Shown here piece after piece: positions 1 through 11,129 of a stretch of DNA of 64,000 bases; within the stretch, counting starts at the first letter, position 1, and each line of letters begins with the position of its first letter. This DNA is from Treponemataceae bacterium (GTDB lineage: Bacteria > Spirochaetota > Spirochaetia > Treponematales > Rectinemataceae). The stretch lies in assembly GCA_963678065.2 (NCBI GenBank), contig CAXXVZ010000005.1, positions 352,001 to 416,000 on the forward strand, written 5' to 3'. The notes under the pieces were generated by a model, which was given only the letters and a program-made list of their open reading frames with translations, was not told the origin of the DNA and ran no database searches. Both the position numbers and the translations under genes were made by a program.

Positions 1-884
1 TCTTTTCTGCCGCTGAGGTATTCGACACAGTAGCGAATCGACTCATAGCCCCGTTTGTAGAAATTCTGCGCCATGGTGCCCCAGATCTCTCCCTTCTTGA
101 TCCCGTCCAGAGTCTCCTTGATGGGGTCGACGCCGAGGATCACGATTTTCCTGTTCTGTTCTTTCGCCACGGCGGCGGCGGCCTGGGCGCCTGTGCCTTC
201 GAACAAAAGGACGCTGTCTATTTGCGGATACGCCCGGTAGGCGGCATCGAACTTTTCGGTCGCTGTCTGGAGGTTGGCATCATCCGACTCGACCAATGCT
301 ACCTTCATTCCCGGGTACTTGGCCTTGATGCGGGATTCGAAGGCGTTTTTCGCCTCGACCTGATTCGAAATATCGAGTTTGGACATCATGATCATGACAT
401 TCGCCTTGCCGTTCATTTTCTTGGCGAGCACATCGGCGGCATCGATACCATATTTGGTGTTGTCCGTACCGATGAAGGCGAAGAAAAGGTCCGCCGGCGG
501 CATGTTGCTCGTGCAGGCGACCGGGATTCCGGCGTCTTTCGCCCTCTTGAGAGCGGCGTACATGGAAGCGTCCCAGGGTTCGGCCACGATGGCATCGGGC
601 TTCATGGCTACCGCCAGATCGATGAACTCGATGGTTTTCTCGGCCAATCCGTTCGTGTCCGATGCGCCGATTATCTGGACATCGACGACGCTCGGGCCCA
701 AATCCTTTACAGCCGCCTTCACTCCGTCATCCTGCTGATTATATACAGGGTGGCCGACGAGCGCGTTGACGAAGATGATTTTCAAGGGACGCTTCGCCGT
801 TCCGGCAGACTGAGCCGTGGCGGATTGAGCGAAAAACACACATACCATGACCAATGCAATTGCCAAAGAAACCAGTTTCTTCAT
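1..884 (-). CDS. Sugar ABC transporter substrate-binding protein (RbsB-like, CUT2); 3' end runs off the window
   Basis: Not in the ORF track; read manually from ATG at 884 with GGAGG RBS at 892-896: MKKLVSLAIALVMVCVFFAQSATA (signal peptide)...FIGTDNTKYG...ILGVDP...GTMAQNFYKRGY, periplasmic binding protein type I features; follows ABC ATPase. Confidence 0.88.
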   Translation of the reverse strand, partial: MKKLVSLAIALVMVCVFFAQSATAQSAGTAKRPLKIIFVNALVGHPVYNQQDDGVKAAVKDLGPSVVDVQIIGASDTNGLAEKTIEFIDLAVAMKPDAIVAEPWDASMYAALKRAKDAGIPVACTSNMPPADLFFAFIGTDNTKYGIDAADVLAKKMNGKANVMIMMSKLDISNQVEAKNAFESRIKAKYPGMKVALVESDDANLQTATEKFDAAYRAYPQIDSVLLFEGTGAQAAAAVAKEQNRKIVILGVDPIKETLDGIKKGEIWGTMAQNFYKRGYESIRYCVEYLSGRK

Positions 885-1048
885 TCCAGTGCCTCCTGTT
901 TCCTGTTTCGGGTTGGAGAATTTTTGCCCAACCCACTGTGTTCAGATCGCATTCCACTCAGTTCGGTGCAATGAACCAGGCTTTCTTTCCTCCTTTTGCG
1001 AATTTCAATCGCCCCAAATGGACGCAGTCAATTGATTCACTTTCGGTT

Positions 1049-2560
1049 TCACGAAACGATGGCGCAGTGGAGAAGCTTCTCCTCATCGGCCTCGCCCCGC
1101 GCAAATTCCGCGCGGATTTTCCCGCCGCCGAGGACGACGAACCGGTCGCACATGCCGACCAATTCCGGCAGCTCGGAGGAAATCACGACAATGGCTTTCC
1201 CTTGCGCGGCAAGATCACACATGATCTCGTAGATCTGGGCCTTCGCCCCGACATCGATGCCCCGCGTCGGTTCATCGAGAAGGAGCACCTGGGGATCGGT
1301 CATCAGCCATTTGGCCAGGACCACCTTCTGCTGATTGCCGCCCGACAGGGCCGTTATGCCGTCTTTCTCGCTTCGCACCTTGATGCTTATTTTCGCTATA
1401 TACTCGAGAGCCTTGGTCTTTTCCCGGTGCCCGTTGACAAGGTATTTTTTCGAGATCTGATCGAGACTGGCGAGAGTGCAGTTTTCCGCCACATTCATCG
1501 ACGCGATAAATCCGTCTCGCTTACGGTCTTCGGTGAGCAGCGCGATTCCGTTGCCGATGGATTTCTTCGGGTTTTTGACCGGAATTTCCACGCCATTCAG
1601 GAACATTCTGCCACTCTTTTTTTCTATCGAGCCGAAAAGCGCATTGACCGTCTCGCTGCGGCCGGCGCCGACGAGGCCGACGAGGCCCAGGATTTCTCCC
1701 GCCCTTACGGAAAAACTCAGGTCTTCCACGATGAATTTGCTGGCCGCATGAGGATGCGCCACTGTCAGGTTCTCTACGCGGAACACTTCCGCGCCGATGG
1801 GAACTTCGCGTTTGGGATACATATTCGTGATCTTGCGGTTTACCATCTCCTCTATCGTCATCAGGATGGTGGTTTCGGACTTCAGGCGGGTGCTGATGTG
1901 TTGGCCGTCGCGCAATACCGTGATCCGGTCGGCGAGGTGCATGACTTCTTTCATTTTGTGGGTTATGTAGATGCACGATATGCCCTTGCTTTTGAGGAGA
2001 TTCAGTTTTTCGAAAAGAATCTCGACCTCGCGCTCAGTCAGGGCGCTCGTCGGTTCGTCGAGTACCAGTATCCCGGGATTCCGGGAGAGGGCCCGGGCGA
2101 TGGCGACCATCTGCTGCTGGCTGGTGGAAAGATTCCTGAGAGTCTCCTTAAGCGGCACATCCAATCCGACCATATCCGTGAAGGTCTTCGCCCTGCGGTA
2201 AATATCTTTCCAGCTCACGATCCCTTTCGCAGACGGCATCCGCCCGAGAAAAATATTCTCCGCGATGGACATATCGAGGTGCATACTGATTTCCTGATAT
2301 ATCATTTCGATGCCGGCCTTCTCGGCATCCGAGGGAGAAGAAAATTTCCGGGGAGTGCCCTTTACGATGATGCTGCCTTCATAGCTGCTGTGGTGGTAGC
2401 TGCCGCTCAAAATCTTCATGAGCGTCGATTTTCCTGCGCCGTTCTCGCCGACTATCGCCAGGATCTCGCCCGAAAGAAGATCGATCGATACGTTTTGCAA
2501 CGCGGCGACACCGCCGAAGTATTTGCTGACATTCTTCATTTCCAGTATGCATTCTTGCAT
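1049..2560 (-). CDS. Sugar ABC transporter ATP-binding protein (RbsA/XylG-like, two NBDs)
   Basis: [14 protein letters not shown], second half [30 protein letters not shown]. Confidence 0.96.
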   Translation of the reverse strand: MQECILEMKNVSKYFGGVAALQNVSIDLLSGEILAIVGENGAGKSTLMKILSGSYHHSSYEGSIIVKGTPRKFSSPSDAEKAGIEMIYQEISMHLDMSIAENIFLGRMPSAKGIVSWKDIYRRAKTFTDMVGLDVPLKETLRNLSTSQQQMVAIARALSRNPGILVLDEPTSALTEREVEILFEKLNLLKSKGISCIYITHKMKEVMHLADRITVLRDGQHISTRLKSETTILMTIEEMVNRKITNMYPKREVPIGAEVFRVENLTVAHPHAASKFIVEDLSFSVRAGEILGLVGLVGAGRSETVNALFGSIEKKSGRMFLNGVEIPVKNPKKSIGNGIALLTEDRKRDGFIASMNVAENCTLASLDQISKKYLVNGHREKTKALEYIAKISIKVRSEKDGITALSGGNQQKVVLAKWLMTDPQVLLLDEPTRGIDVGAKAQIYEIMCDLAAQGKAIVVISSELPELVGMCDRFVVLGGGKIRAEFARGEADEEKLLHCAIVS

Positions 2561-2572
2561 TGTTCCGCTCCC

Positions 2573-3550
2573 TCACTTCTTCAGGCGATTGCGGATCTGG
2601 TCGAGCGAACAGGCGAGCAGCAATACGATTCCCAGGACCAGCTGCTGCCAGAACGGCGAAATCTTGACAAGGGTCATGCCGTTGGAGATGGTCGCCATGA
2701 ACAGCGATCCGAGAAAGGTTCCGACAATCGTGCCGACGCCACCTGCGAGGCTCGTTCCGCCGATCACGACGGCCGCGATCACCTGCATCTCATAGCCCAC
2801 GCCGACATTCGGCTGCGCGGAACCGAGACGGGAGGCTATGAGGATGCCGGAAAACGCGGCCAGCATGCTGATGAGGATGTAGACGCTGGCGCTTATTTTT
2901 TTGGTCGGAATTCCCGCAAGACGGGCTGTTTCGACGTTGCCTCCGACCGCGCAGATCATTCTCCCGTAGACTGTTTTCTTGAGTACGAATGCGGCGATCG
3001 CTCCTAGAAGGAGCGCGATCGCCACGACATACGGGAACTGGAATCCCGTTCCCGCAAAAAAGCTGCCCTGGCCGATCAGCGCGAACTTTTCGGGCAGAGG
3101 ATACACGGGCATCCCTTTCTGGACCCCGGTGACTATGCCCCGCGCAAGGTTCATGGTGCCGAGTGTCGCCAGCATCGGGGGAAGTCCTACTTTTTGCACA
3201 AAGAAACCGTTGATGCCGCCGAACAGGCCCCCCGTCACGACTGTCGCGATGATGACCGACAGAATGATGGGAACGCCATTGGTCATGAGAAGGCCGGCGA
3301 AGACCCCCGCGAAAGCGTATACCGGACCGACCGAGAGGTCGAAGGCCCCGGAGATGATCAGGAAGGTCATCCCGATCGCGGTGATGAATACGAAGGAGGC
3401 ATTCCGCAGAATGTTCATGACGTTCGCCGAGGAGAGAAAAACCGGGCTGTTGGCAGCGAAGAGCAGACACGCGAGGAGCAAGGGAATTATCACTCCAGCC
3501 TCGCGAACCCGTATCGCGAGGCCCAAGGAATTAGTCAAATTTTTCTTCAT
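2573..3550 (-). CDS. Sugar ABC transporter permease (RbsC-like)
   Basis: [41 protein letters not shown]; hydrophobic. Confidence 0.95.
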   Translation of the reverse strand: MKKNLTNSLGLAIRVREAGVIIPLLLACLLFAANSPVFLSSANVMNILRNASFVFITAIGMTFLIISGAFDLSVGPVYAFAGVFAGLLMTNGVPIILSVIIATVVTGGLFGGINGFFVQKVGLPPMLATLGTMNLARGIVTGVQKGMPVYPLPEKFALIGQGSFFAGTGFQFPYVVAIALLLGAIAAFVLKKTVYGRMICAVGGNVETARLAGIPTKKISASVYILISMLAAFSGILIASRLGSAQPNVGVGYEMQVIAAVVIGGTSLAGGVGTIVGTFLGSLFMATISNGMTLVKISPFWQQLVLGIVLLLACSLDQIRNRLKK

Positions 3551-3577
3551 ATGGACACTCCTCCTGGCTTTTCTGCT

Positions 3578-4972
3578 TCAATCTCTGTCGAATCTTTCAC
3601 TTTCCAGACCAGGTATGTAGGCGCAGGCTTTTTCGAGCAGACCGGCGTGTCGACCGTAAATGCCGGAACAGTGGTGCACGTACGGTCCCACGATCAGCCG
3701 TCTTTCCCACCTCGGCCAGTTTTCGACCTCGTACCAGGTATAAACCTCCCGGGTTCCGGGACCGATCACGGCTCGCCCCTCACCGGCGCCCAGCACGTAT
3801 TTTCCGCCGCTCCCATCGAAGCGGCACACTGTCAGGTCTCCTTCTTTCAGATAGAACTGAAGCGAGGTGGCGGGCAAGCCTTTCAGAATCCATGGAGGCA
3901 GTATCCTGATTTTTTCGATGTCGGGATGTCTGTACGACAGGGGGGCGGAGGCGTGCCAGAGCAGGACCGCGTTGTCGTTTTCAGGATGCCGGATGGTGAA
4001 CTCGGGGAAAAATGAGGGCGAGCCGTCGCCTGCGGCGGCCTCGACCAGTATCGAGCTGAGGGCGCCGTGTATGTCGGTCTCCGCCGCAACAGGAATCCGC
4101 TCCTCGGCCAGCGCGAGGCCCAGGCCACAGCCCTCACCCATCGCCTCCTGTATCGAGCTGAAGCTCTGAAGCGCGAAAGCGTCGATCTTGTGCTTTTCGG
4201 CCATCTCGAACATCTCATCCTTGAGGGCGAGACTGTACAGCATTCCTTCATCGGGGATCTTGCCCGGATCTACAATGCTTTTCAGATCCGACAGAAGCGC
4301 CCGGTAGGTGACTTCATTCTTTTTCATCCGCGCTTTGAGCCGCTCGATGAGCTCGACCATGTCGAAGGGCATGACTTCGACGCCGAATTTCTTGAGAAGG
4401 TCGGCTTCGTCTATGATCGTCGACCAGAAAAAATCGATCCGCATGCCGATCTGCCCGACGCGCGCGGTCTTGAGCGCCTTGGCGACGCGCACCGCGCCGA
4501 TGAAATCGGTCATTCCGCTTGAGAATACGGGATCATCGACACGGCAATTTTCTATATAATCGTACTTGACCCCGAGCGTGTGGAGCACTTTGCTCGACGC
4601 GAAGCAGCCGCACAGGGAATCGCGCAGGCGTGAACCGTCCGCGAGAGGCGCGTCATCCCGCGGTCCCCAGAGCAGAGTGGGCAGGCCGAGCCGGCTGGCG
4701 ATGACGCCCACGACGGATTCGGTGCCAAAATTGCAGTGCGGGAGAAACAATGCGTCGATTCCGTTTCCCTGGAAATGGCGCAACACCATCCCGACATCGT
4801 CCTGATCCTTGATGATGCCGTCCGGCAATACACCTTCCAGATCGCATGTATCGATTCCGAGTTCCTTCAACTTCTTCAATACTTTGTTCTTCTGTACAAT
4901 CGCGTCCTCGTGAGAAAAAGCGAATTTTCCTATCGGACACACGCCGAGCTTGACCGGTTTCCTGCAGAACAT
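3578..4972 (-). CDS. L-fucose/L-arabinose isomerase-like protein
   Basis: HCNFGTE, LWGPRD, RLRDSLCG, AAETDIHGA, LLWH, C-terminal PYVHH. Confidence 0.8.
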   Translation of the reverse strand: MFCRKPVKLGVCPIGKFAFSHEDAIVQKNKVLKKLKELGIDTCDLEGVLPDGIIKDQDDVGMVLRHFQGNGIDALFLPHCNFGTESVVGVIASRLGLPTLLWGPRDDAPLADGSRLRDSLCGCFASSKVLHTLGVKYDYIENCRVDDPVFSSGMTDFIGAVRVAKALKTARVGQIGMRIDFFWSTIIDEADLLKKFGVEVMPFDMVELIERLKARMKKNEVTYRALLSDLKSIVDPGKIPDEGMLYSLALKDEMFEMAEKHKIDAFALQSFSSIQEAMGEGCGLGLALAEERIPVAAETDIHGALSSILVEAAAGDGSPSFFPEFTIRHPENDNAVLLWHASAPLSYRHPDIEKIRILPPWILKGLPATSLQFYLKEGDLTVCRFDGSGGKYVLGAGEGRAVIGPGTREVYTWYEVENWPRWERRLIVGPYVHHCSGIYGRHAGLLEKACAYIPGLESERFDRD

Positions 4973-5029
4973 GGTGTCGCCGCCTCCTCGAACGAACAGG
5001 ATAACCTGGTCGCCTCATACGGTTTATTC

Positions 5030-5266
5030 TTTTGTTCAATATTTGTTCAATTAAAAACATTGATTACATGAACAAATTGTGAATACATTTCATTTTTAAC
5101 ATGACTATCTACTGCCGTCAAGCAATTTTCAACAGAAAAATTATCAACATTTTTTGTGTTTTCAATTTTTTATATATTATACAAGTATTTACTTACCAAC
5201 AACAACAATTCAATGACTAAACTCTGTTTTTACAAAATTGAATTGTTTTTATATTGTTCATGAACA
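5030..5266. promoter_or_regulatory. AT-rich divergent promoter region with repeated TGTTCA half-sites and perfect palindrome TGTTCATGAACA (5255-5266); candidate operator(s)
   Basis: TTTGTTCAAT twice at ~5031-5051, ATGAACAAA at ~5068, 12-bp palindrome 39 bp upstream of LacI start. Confidence 0.55.
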
Positions 5267-5304
5267 TTCAATATGATATACTATGATTCAACAGAGGGGA
5301 TGTC

Positions 5305-6381
5305 ATGGATAATGTCACTTTGAGAGATATTGCCCGCGAAGCGGGAGTCGCCGCCAGCACGGTATCCTACGCACTGAGCGGCAAGGCCACACTGAATGAT
5401 GAAACCAGACAGCGCATTCTGCAGGTCGCCGACAGACTGGGTTACAAGCCCCGCGCGGCGAAACAGTCAGCGCCGGGGGAGGGCTCGACGCCGATAATCG
5501 CCATCCTGATCGGCGGAGGTCCCGGACAGCCGCCCCTGGACTACCATTTCCTCGGAGAGATACTCAGGGGAGCCACGGAGGCCGCGCAGGATTTCGGATT
5601 CCTCATCACCGTGCTCTACGAAAAGACGCGCAATCCGCTCTTCGATTTCGCCGCGCTCTGCCGGAATGGCACAGTAAAAGGCTTGCTCGTCACAGGACAG
5701 CATCGCTACGACGAAGTGCTGGAGAGCCTCATCGCGGAAGGGTTTCCGACCGTGCTGATGATGAAACCATCGCAGGCGGGAAGCCCTGTCTCCTCGATTA
5801 GCATCGACGACGAGCAGAGTGCCTTCCAGGCGACCGAGCACCTCATCATCCTCGGCCACACACGAATCGCCATGCTGCTCCCCGGCAGCACCGACCTCAT
5901 GTTCAGCTCGGCGCGCTACGCGGGATACCACCGCGCCCTCGACACCTACGGCATCCCTTTCGACAAAGATTTGGTCGTCGATGGAGGCCTCCTCGAAAAC
6001 CTCTCGGAGGAGGCGATGGGCAGGCTGCTCGCGCTGCCGAATCCCCCCTCGGCACTTTTCTCGGGAAACGATACGCAGGCCATCGGTGCGATGCGGGCCG
6101 CGCGCAAGCGCAACCTTGTCATTCCCGACGATCTTGCCCTGATCGGATTCGACGATTCGATGGCGGCCCGCTTCTGCGTGCCATCCCTCACGACCATGCA
6201 CGTTCCCGAATACCGCATGTCCTCGGAGGGCACCCGCATGCTCATCCGGAAGATACTCCGGCCCGGCATAGGCCCGGAATCGATCGTCATTCCGGCCGAA
6301 CTCGTGATCCGCGAGACCTGCGGCGTCCGCTCCGAGCGGCACTTCCCCGGCTCGAGCAATCGGACGCAGGCGGATGAGTGA
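5305..6381 (+). CDS. LacI family transcriptional regulator
   Basis: VTLRDIAREAGVAASTVSYALSG HTH; GHTRIA; IPDDLALIGFDD; PSLTT. Confidence 0.95.
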   Translation: MDNVTLRDIAREAGVAASTVSYALSGKATLNDETRQRILQVADRLGYKPRAAKQSAPGEGSTPIIAILIGGGPGQPPLDYHFLGEILRGATEAAQDFGFLITVLYEKTRNPLFDFAALCRNGTVKGLLVTGQHRYDEVLESLIAEGFPTVLMMKPSQAGSPVSSISIDDEQSAFQATEHLIILGHTRIAMLLPGSTDLMFSSARYAGYHRALDTYGIPFDKDLVVDGGLLENLSEEAMGRLLALPNPPSALFSGNDTQAIGAMRAARKRNLVIPDDLALIGFDDSMAARFCVPSLTTMHVPEYRMSSEGTRMLIRKILRPGIGPESIVIPAELVIRETCGVRSERHFPGSSNRTQADE

Positions 6382-6494
6382 GGGAGTTCATCAGACCGGT
6401 TTTATCGCAGTTCGGGAACCAGAGAAGATGATTCGGTTCCGTTGGTTTTTCATCCAGCACGTGCCAATCGATGTGTCGATAGTTTTGGAAAAGC

Positions 6495-7907
6495 TCAGAT
6501 TGACTGGTAAAACCCGCTTTGGGCCAAATCCACAATAACCGGAACCAATCCCTTCGATTTGATGAAGGATGCACCGGCTTCAGTTGTAATGGCCTGACTG
6601 TTTTTTCCGCACACATAGCCGTGATGCATGATGACTTTGCCGTTGACCAGACTCATGACAGGCTCCTGTTTTTCCAGGTTCAATACCGAGATATCTGCAT
6701 CTGAACCTAGCTGAAAATGCCCCTTCCGGGTAAGGCCAAGTATCCTGGCTGGATTATAACTGGTTTTTTGCACAAACTCTTTCAGGGTCAACGCCTGCAA
6801 TTTTACCAGAGCCAAACCCATGGAGACGATTACATTGCGTGGAATCCCTCCGCCATCGGTGCTGATGCAGTCGACAACAAATGCGCCAGTGGGGCGCTTG
6901 GCGACGGCCAATCGAATGCGCGGTTCCGGTGGATTCACCTTGAAACTGACTGTCGCGTCGGTACCATGTTCCCGCCAATAGGACACTGCCCGTTCACCGG
7001 TGGCCAACACCATCCGGTCCCCTTCCTCCATGTTGATGTGCGCCCAGCCAGATCGGAGCGCTTCTTCAAAACCGGATTCTGTCCTGGGAAAACCACCTAT
7101 GGACAGATTGGTCTGCGTCGCCAGACTTTCGGGAACTCCACGGGAACACTTGGCACTGGTTCCGTTCATGGGGGAAAGATACGATTCGGAACGAATGGCC
7201 GGGTTATTGGTCAAGGCGGTTACCGCTTCCTCAACCTCCGCCATATAAGGACGCCTGATGCCTCGAGTATAACTGTTTATATGGGCAATATGCAGGGAAT
7301 GACCATTGGCAAGCTCCACCGCCTCCAATAATCCGTCAATATTCGACCCGTTTCGCGAAGTGCCGCAATGAAACGCTATGTAAGCGCTGTTTTGGTTTAC
7401 GAGCTCGATCGCGCGCGCTGTCGCCTCCGGCGTCAGCGGATAATGCCCTCCCAATAGTTTGAGACCAATCGCCCCTTGCCTCAAACAGCGCTCCAGAAGT
7501 GACTGCAGTTCCTCATTCCCCGGATCGGTATCTTTCACTGTGTGCTCCGGCCGGACATACTCGATACTCGCTATGTTCAGTCCCGCACCATAGTTTCGTG
7601 CCAAATCCCAGACCCCCTCGACCGGCCCCGCCAAATCAAGGGCAGTTGTCACCCCGGCACAAGCCATCATTTTATGTCCATGGCGTCCGCCAAGCCAATC
7701 AGAAAAATGCGTATGAATATCAATGATTCCGGGTACGACGTGTTGCGCGGTTACATCAAAAACTTCGCGGGCAGTGGTCGGATCCATGTCGGCGGCGATT
7801 TCAACTATCTTTCCATCCATGATTCCAACGTCCAGCAGCTCTTCGAGATCGGTTGAATAATCGGCCACAGTGCCATTCTTCAGCAGAACATCGTACGTGC
7901 AGACCAT
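6495..7907 (-). CDS. Metal-dependent amidohydrolase (dihydroorotase/D-aminoacylase-like)
   Basis: LLKNGTV, PGIIDIHTH, STDGGGIPRN, NPARILGLTRKGH..GSDADI; ATG 7907 with GGAGG RBS. Confidence 0.85.
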   Translation of the reverse strand: MVCTYDVLLKNGTVADYSTDLEELLDVGIMDGKIVEIAADMDPTTAREVFDVTAQHVVPGIIDIHTHFSDWLGGRHGHKMMACAGVTTALDLAGPVEGVWDLARNYGAGLNIASIEYVRPEHTVKDTDPGNEELQSLLERCLRQGAIGLKLLGGHYPLTPEATARAIELVNQNSAYIAFHCGTSRNGSNIDGLLEAVELANGHSLHIAHINSYTRGIRRPYMAEVEEAVTALTNNPAIRSESYLSPMNGTSAKCSRGVPESLATQTNLSIGGFPRTESGFEEALRSGWAHINMEEGDRMVLATGERAVSYWREHGTDATVSFKVNPPEPRIRLAVAKRPTGAFVVDCISTDGGGIPRNVIVSMGLALVKLQALTLKEFVQKTSYNPARILGLTRKGHFQLGSDADISVLNLEKQEPVMSLVNGKVIMHHGYVCGKNSQAITTEAGASFIKSKGLVPVIVDLAQSGFYQSI

Positions 7908-7984
7908 GCCGGATTCCTCCAATCGGCGTTTTCTTGGTTCATCCCGGTTTATTCCATGCTAAAATAATTATCAGACTTTCAATT

Positions 7985-8788
7985 TCAGAACAGCGGCTTG
8001 AGACTCTCCCTTGATGGCTTCAGCTGCTCCGGGGCAGCTTCCCTGACAAGGCCGCGCGCGAGGGCGATCATCGGATCCACGAGAGGTACTCCGCGGTACT
8101 GCAATCCGGTGAGCGCAAGGGGAATCTCCGTACAGGCGAGCACGATTGCATGTGAACCTTCCGAAACGAGAAAACGGGTGAATGCGAGCAATGCATCGTG
8201 AGCCCGTTCCGTTGGCGGATTGAGCGCTTTGAGTCCCCATTCGCGGTTGTAGATGACATCGTGAAGAGAATCCTGATCATTTCGCGGAATATGGACCGTC
8301 TCCATCCCATGTTGCCCGAGAACCATATCAAAAACCAGGGAAGCCCGCGTGCCTGTTGTGGACAGTATCCCGATCCTGCGCGCTCCCGGTACAAAACTCC
8401 TGATCAAACCGACGGTCTCCTCCAGCATATCGAGAATCTTGATCTGCGGAGCTCGCTCGGCTGCCATCTCGAGGAAGGGTCCGAATATTGCCGGAGCGTG
8501 GAAAGTATTGCAGGGTATGCCGCCAACACCGGTTGTGCCTTCGGAACCAAGCGCTCGCGCAGCCAGGGCGAAGGTTCTGGCCATGCCCTCCGCCGGGTTC
8601 TCCCTGGTTTGTCCAAGGAGAAAATCGGTCCTGTCGGGGATGTCATCTGACCGGGAATAGTGGTGAACTTCCAGGTGATCCTGGTCCAGCCCCCCTGTGA
8701 GTGTGTTCTCTATGATTTTTGCGTGGAGTGCCACACCTGCCATCGGACCGACTCCGCCGCCTATGATGATTGTCCTGTGCCCGGCCAT
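7985..8788 (-). CDS. Aspartate/glutamate racemase family protein
   Basis: GGGVGPMAG, IPDRT, IPCNTFH, VLACTEIP (two catalytic Cys). Confidence 0.9.
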   Translation of the reverse strand: MAGHRTIIIGGGVGPMAGVALHAKIIENTLTGGLDQDHLEVHHYSRSDDIPDRTDFLLGQTRENPAEGMARTFALAARALGSEGTTGVGGIPCNTFHAPAIFGPFLEMAAERAPQIKILDMLEETVGLIRSFVPGARRIGILSTTGTRASLVFDMVLGQHGMETVHIPRNDQDSLHDVIYNREWGLKALNPPTERAHDALLAFTRFLVSEGSHAIVLACTEIPLALTGLQYRGVPLVDPMIALARGLVREAAPEQLKPSRESLKPLF

Positions 8789-8888
8789 ACTTTCCTCCCG
8801 GATTCTCGAGCAATCAGACTTTTATCCGTACGTCTTCTTGAAGGATTTAAGGATTTATTGAGGTCGGTTTGCTTCCTGAACGTTGCCG

Positions 8889-9608
8889 TCAAGCTCCCAT
8901 CAGGTAGGACACCGCGGTACCGGCTAGCAGTACCATGAGAATCCGCTGAAATACTCGGTTGGATATTCGTGTCGAGAGGTACTGCCCGGCGATGACACCC
9001 ACGATGGTGGGAACAAGCATGGCAAGGATGATCCTTCCGACCTCCGCCGTGAAAAACCCGCCGAAAAACAGAAGAGGAATCTTATACATATACGTCATCA
9101 CAAAGTAGATGGCGACGCTCGAGCGCAGCTCATCCTTGTTCATTCCGCGCAGTGTCAGGTAGATGACCACGGGTGGGCCGCCCATGGAGAAGGCGCCACC
9201 CAGGGCTCCTGCCACAAGGCCTGCCACCGCACCCCAGACCGCCGTAATTTTTCGCCCGAACCGTGGAACCGGCGACAGATTGTACAGGATGAATGCCACC
9301 AGGATTCCGCCCAGAATGCGCCGGGCGATGTGTTCATCCATCCCGGCGAGAAGGAAAATGCCGGCCGGAACACCGATAATCGTACCGCCAAGCAGGGGTA
9401 CCAGCTCCCGGATCCGGACATGCCGCCAGCCGAGCGCCAGGACGTACAGCGAATTTCCAGCAGAGAGTACCGTGATCGCGGGATTGAGCATTTTCAAGCC
9501 AAGGAACAGGGGCAGCACCGACATGGCGACAACGCCGTAGCCGAATCCCGTGACTCCCGCGACAATCGCGGCGAAGGCAGCCACGGCAATTGTAATCATC
9601 GTCTGCAC
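8889..9608 (-). CDS. TauE/SafE (TSUP) family membrane transporter
   Basis: GVTGFGYG and GAFSMGGPP repeats, ~8 TM segments, 239 aa. Confidence 0.88.
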   Translation of the reverse strand: MQTMITIAVAAFAAIVAGVTGFGYGVVAMSVLPLFLGLKMLNPAITVLSAGNSLYVLALGWRHVRIRELVPLLGGTIIGVPAGIFLLAGMDEHIARRILGGILVAFILYNLSPVPRFGRKITAVWGAVAGLVAGALGGAFSMGGPPVVIYLTLRGMNKDELRSSVAIYFVMTYMYKIPLLFFGGFFTAEVGRIILAMLVPTIVGVIAGQYLSTRISNRVFQRILMVLLAGTAVSYLMGA

Positions 9609-9704
9609 AGAGTGCCTCCTGGATCGCTCTCGAAGTCTCGGGACAAGGGCGATGCCAGATGAGCTGGATGCCTACCTGTCGAGTTGTCAACCTGTTTTGC
9701 GGGC

Positions 9705-11129
9705 TCAGTGCGTGCCATCGAGGATGGCCCCGGTCTCGCGCAGAAGATCGCGCAGGCGTTTCACATCGATCGATCGAAAGTCGGAATGTCGCTTTTCAAG
9801 GAAGAGCGCCGCGGCGATTCCAGCCGCGTGTCCCATCCCCATACACGAACCCATGACCCGCATCGAGCCATTCGCGTCGCGATCCGCAGAGGCGCATCGT
9901 CCTGCTACGAGGAGATTCTTGAGCTTCCGTGCTATCAGACATCCCCATGCGATGTCATAGGAACCTCCATCTGTTACCGGGATCCGGACCTGGCCAGTGC
10001 CGCTCTGGTGTATATCCACGTGATGGCACCCCTTGGCCACTCCTTCCGCGCTCTTCTTTCCCGAGAGGACCTCATCCCGGGACAAGACGTATTCCCCCGC
10101 AATTCGGCGGGTTTCCCGTATACCCAGTCGAGGCGCGACGGCTGTCAGCGATGCCCTCTCGAATCCCGGTACACAGGCTGTCAGGAATGCGGCACATCCG
10201 TCCACCTGATCCATGAGCGGACCAAGCGCGGCGGATAGTTCGCCTGTCCGCATCGCATCTACGTTCGCGACACGTGTGGCGTTCACGCACACTTCGTTTC
10301 GTCGCGGGACCGAAGGCTGGATCATGACAAGAGCCGTCGGAAAGAGTTCCCCGCGATCGATTGCGGGCGCGAGCAAGGTGCCATCGCCTCTGAAAAACAA
10401 CGCGGGACGACCTTGACGGTAGAGCGCCTCGGCCAGTTCCGCATCGGTGCGGCCTGCTCGTATGATTGCACTCTCCCCCAGGGCCAGCGCGGATGGATTC
10501 TTTCTTGCAAAATCCAAGAGGGGCTCCGTTTCCACACCTCCCATCCGGAACAGAAGCGATACAGGCTGGGATTCGCCCGGGACCCCGTCGGTGAGAAGGT
10601 CAGCCCCGGCCATAACCGCGAGATCGCCGTCGCCCGAGCAATCCAGGTAGACTGGGGCGCGAATCGTCGTTCTCCCTGACTTGTTGAGCACGTACAGAAA
10701 GCGGATGGTACCGCATTCGACTTCGACCCCGCAGCCCAAGGTCTGCAGGAGGATATCAACTTTGTGGGCGCGCATCGCATCTACCAGCGCGAACTTCATG
10801 ATCTCCGGATCGAAGGCGACATAGCGGATCAGTCGGTAGTCATTCACCACTTCGACATACCCGCCGCGCTCCCGACATCGCTCCAGAAAAGTTCGCCCCA
10901 TTCCGCCAAGTATCCACTCGCCCCATGCATTTACCGCGCCGTCAATCGGCATGCCACTCAGGAGCTCTCCGCCGGGGAAAGAGCCGGATTCGACGAGGAG
11001 AACCCTGACTCCCATCGAGGCAGCCGCGGTTGCGGCAGAAACGCCCGCTGCACCGGCGCCAAGGACGACCACATCATAGTCGAGAATGCCCGAACCTTGC
11101 CCCTGGCGTTGCACGTTTCCAGTCATCAT
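9705..11129 (-). CDS. FAD-dependent oxidoreductase (FAD_oxidored/PF12831-like)
   Basis: VVVLGAGAAG, DCSGDGDLA, GIRETRRI.GEY, NLLVAGRCASAD...SMRVMGSCMGMGHAAG. Confidence 0.9.
   Translation of the reverse strand: MMTGNVQRQGQGSGILDYDVVVLGAGAAGVSAATAAASMGVRVLLVESGSFPGGELLSGMPIDGAVNAWGEWILGGMGRTFLERCRERGGYVEVVNDYRLIRYVAFDPEIMKFALVDAMRAHKVDILLQTLGCGVEVECGTIRFLYVLNKSGRTTIRAPVYLDCSGDGDLAVMAGADLLTDGVPGESQPVSLLFRMGGVETEPLLDFARKNPSALALGESAIIRAGRTDAELAEALYRQGRPALFFRGDGTLLAPAIDRGELFPTALVMIQPSVPRRNEVCVNATRVANVDAMRTGELSAALGPLMDQVDGCAAFLTACVPGFERASLTAVAPRLGIRETRRIAGEYVLSRDEVLSGKKSAEGVAKGCHHVDIHQSGTGQVRIPVTDGGSYDIAWGCLIARKLKNLLVAGRCASADRDANGSMRVMGSCMGMGHAAGIAAALFLEKRHSDFRSIDVKRLRDLLRETGAILDGTH

Noticed and set aside
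854..3007. Long antisense/alternative ORFs (e.g. 854-3007, 19286-20767, 48053-50470, 53852-55687, 58730-60268)
   Set aside because: Shadows of well-supported opposite-strand genes; expected from high-GC codon bias, with no recognisable motifs
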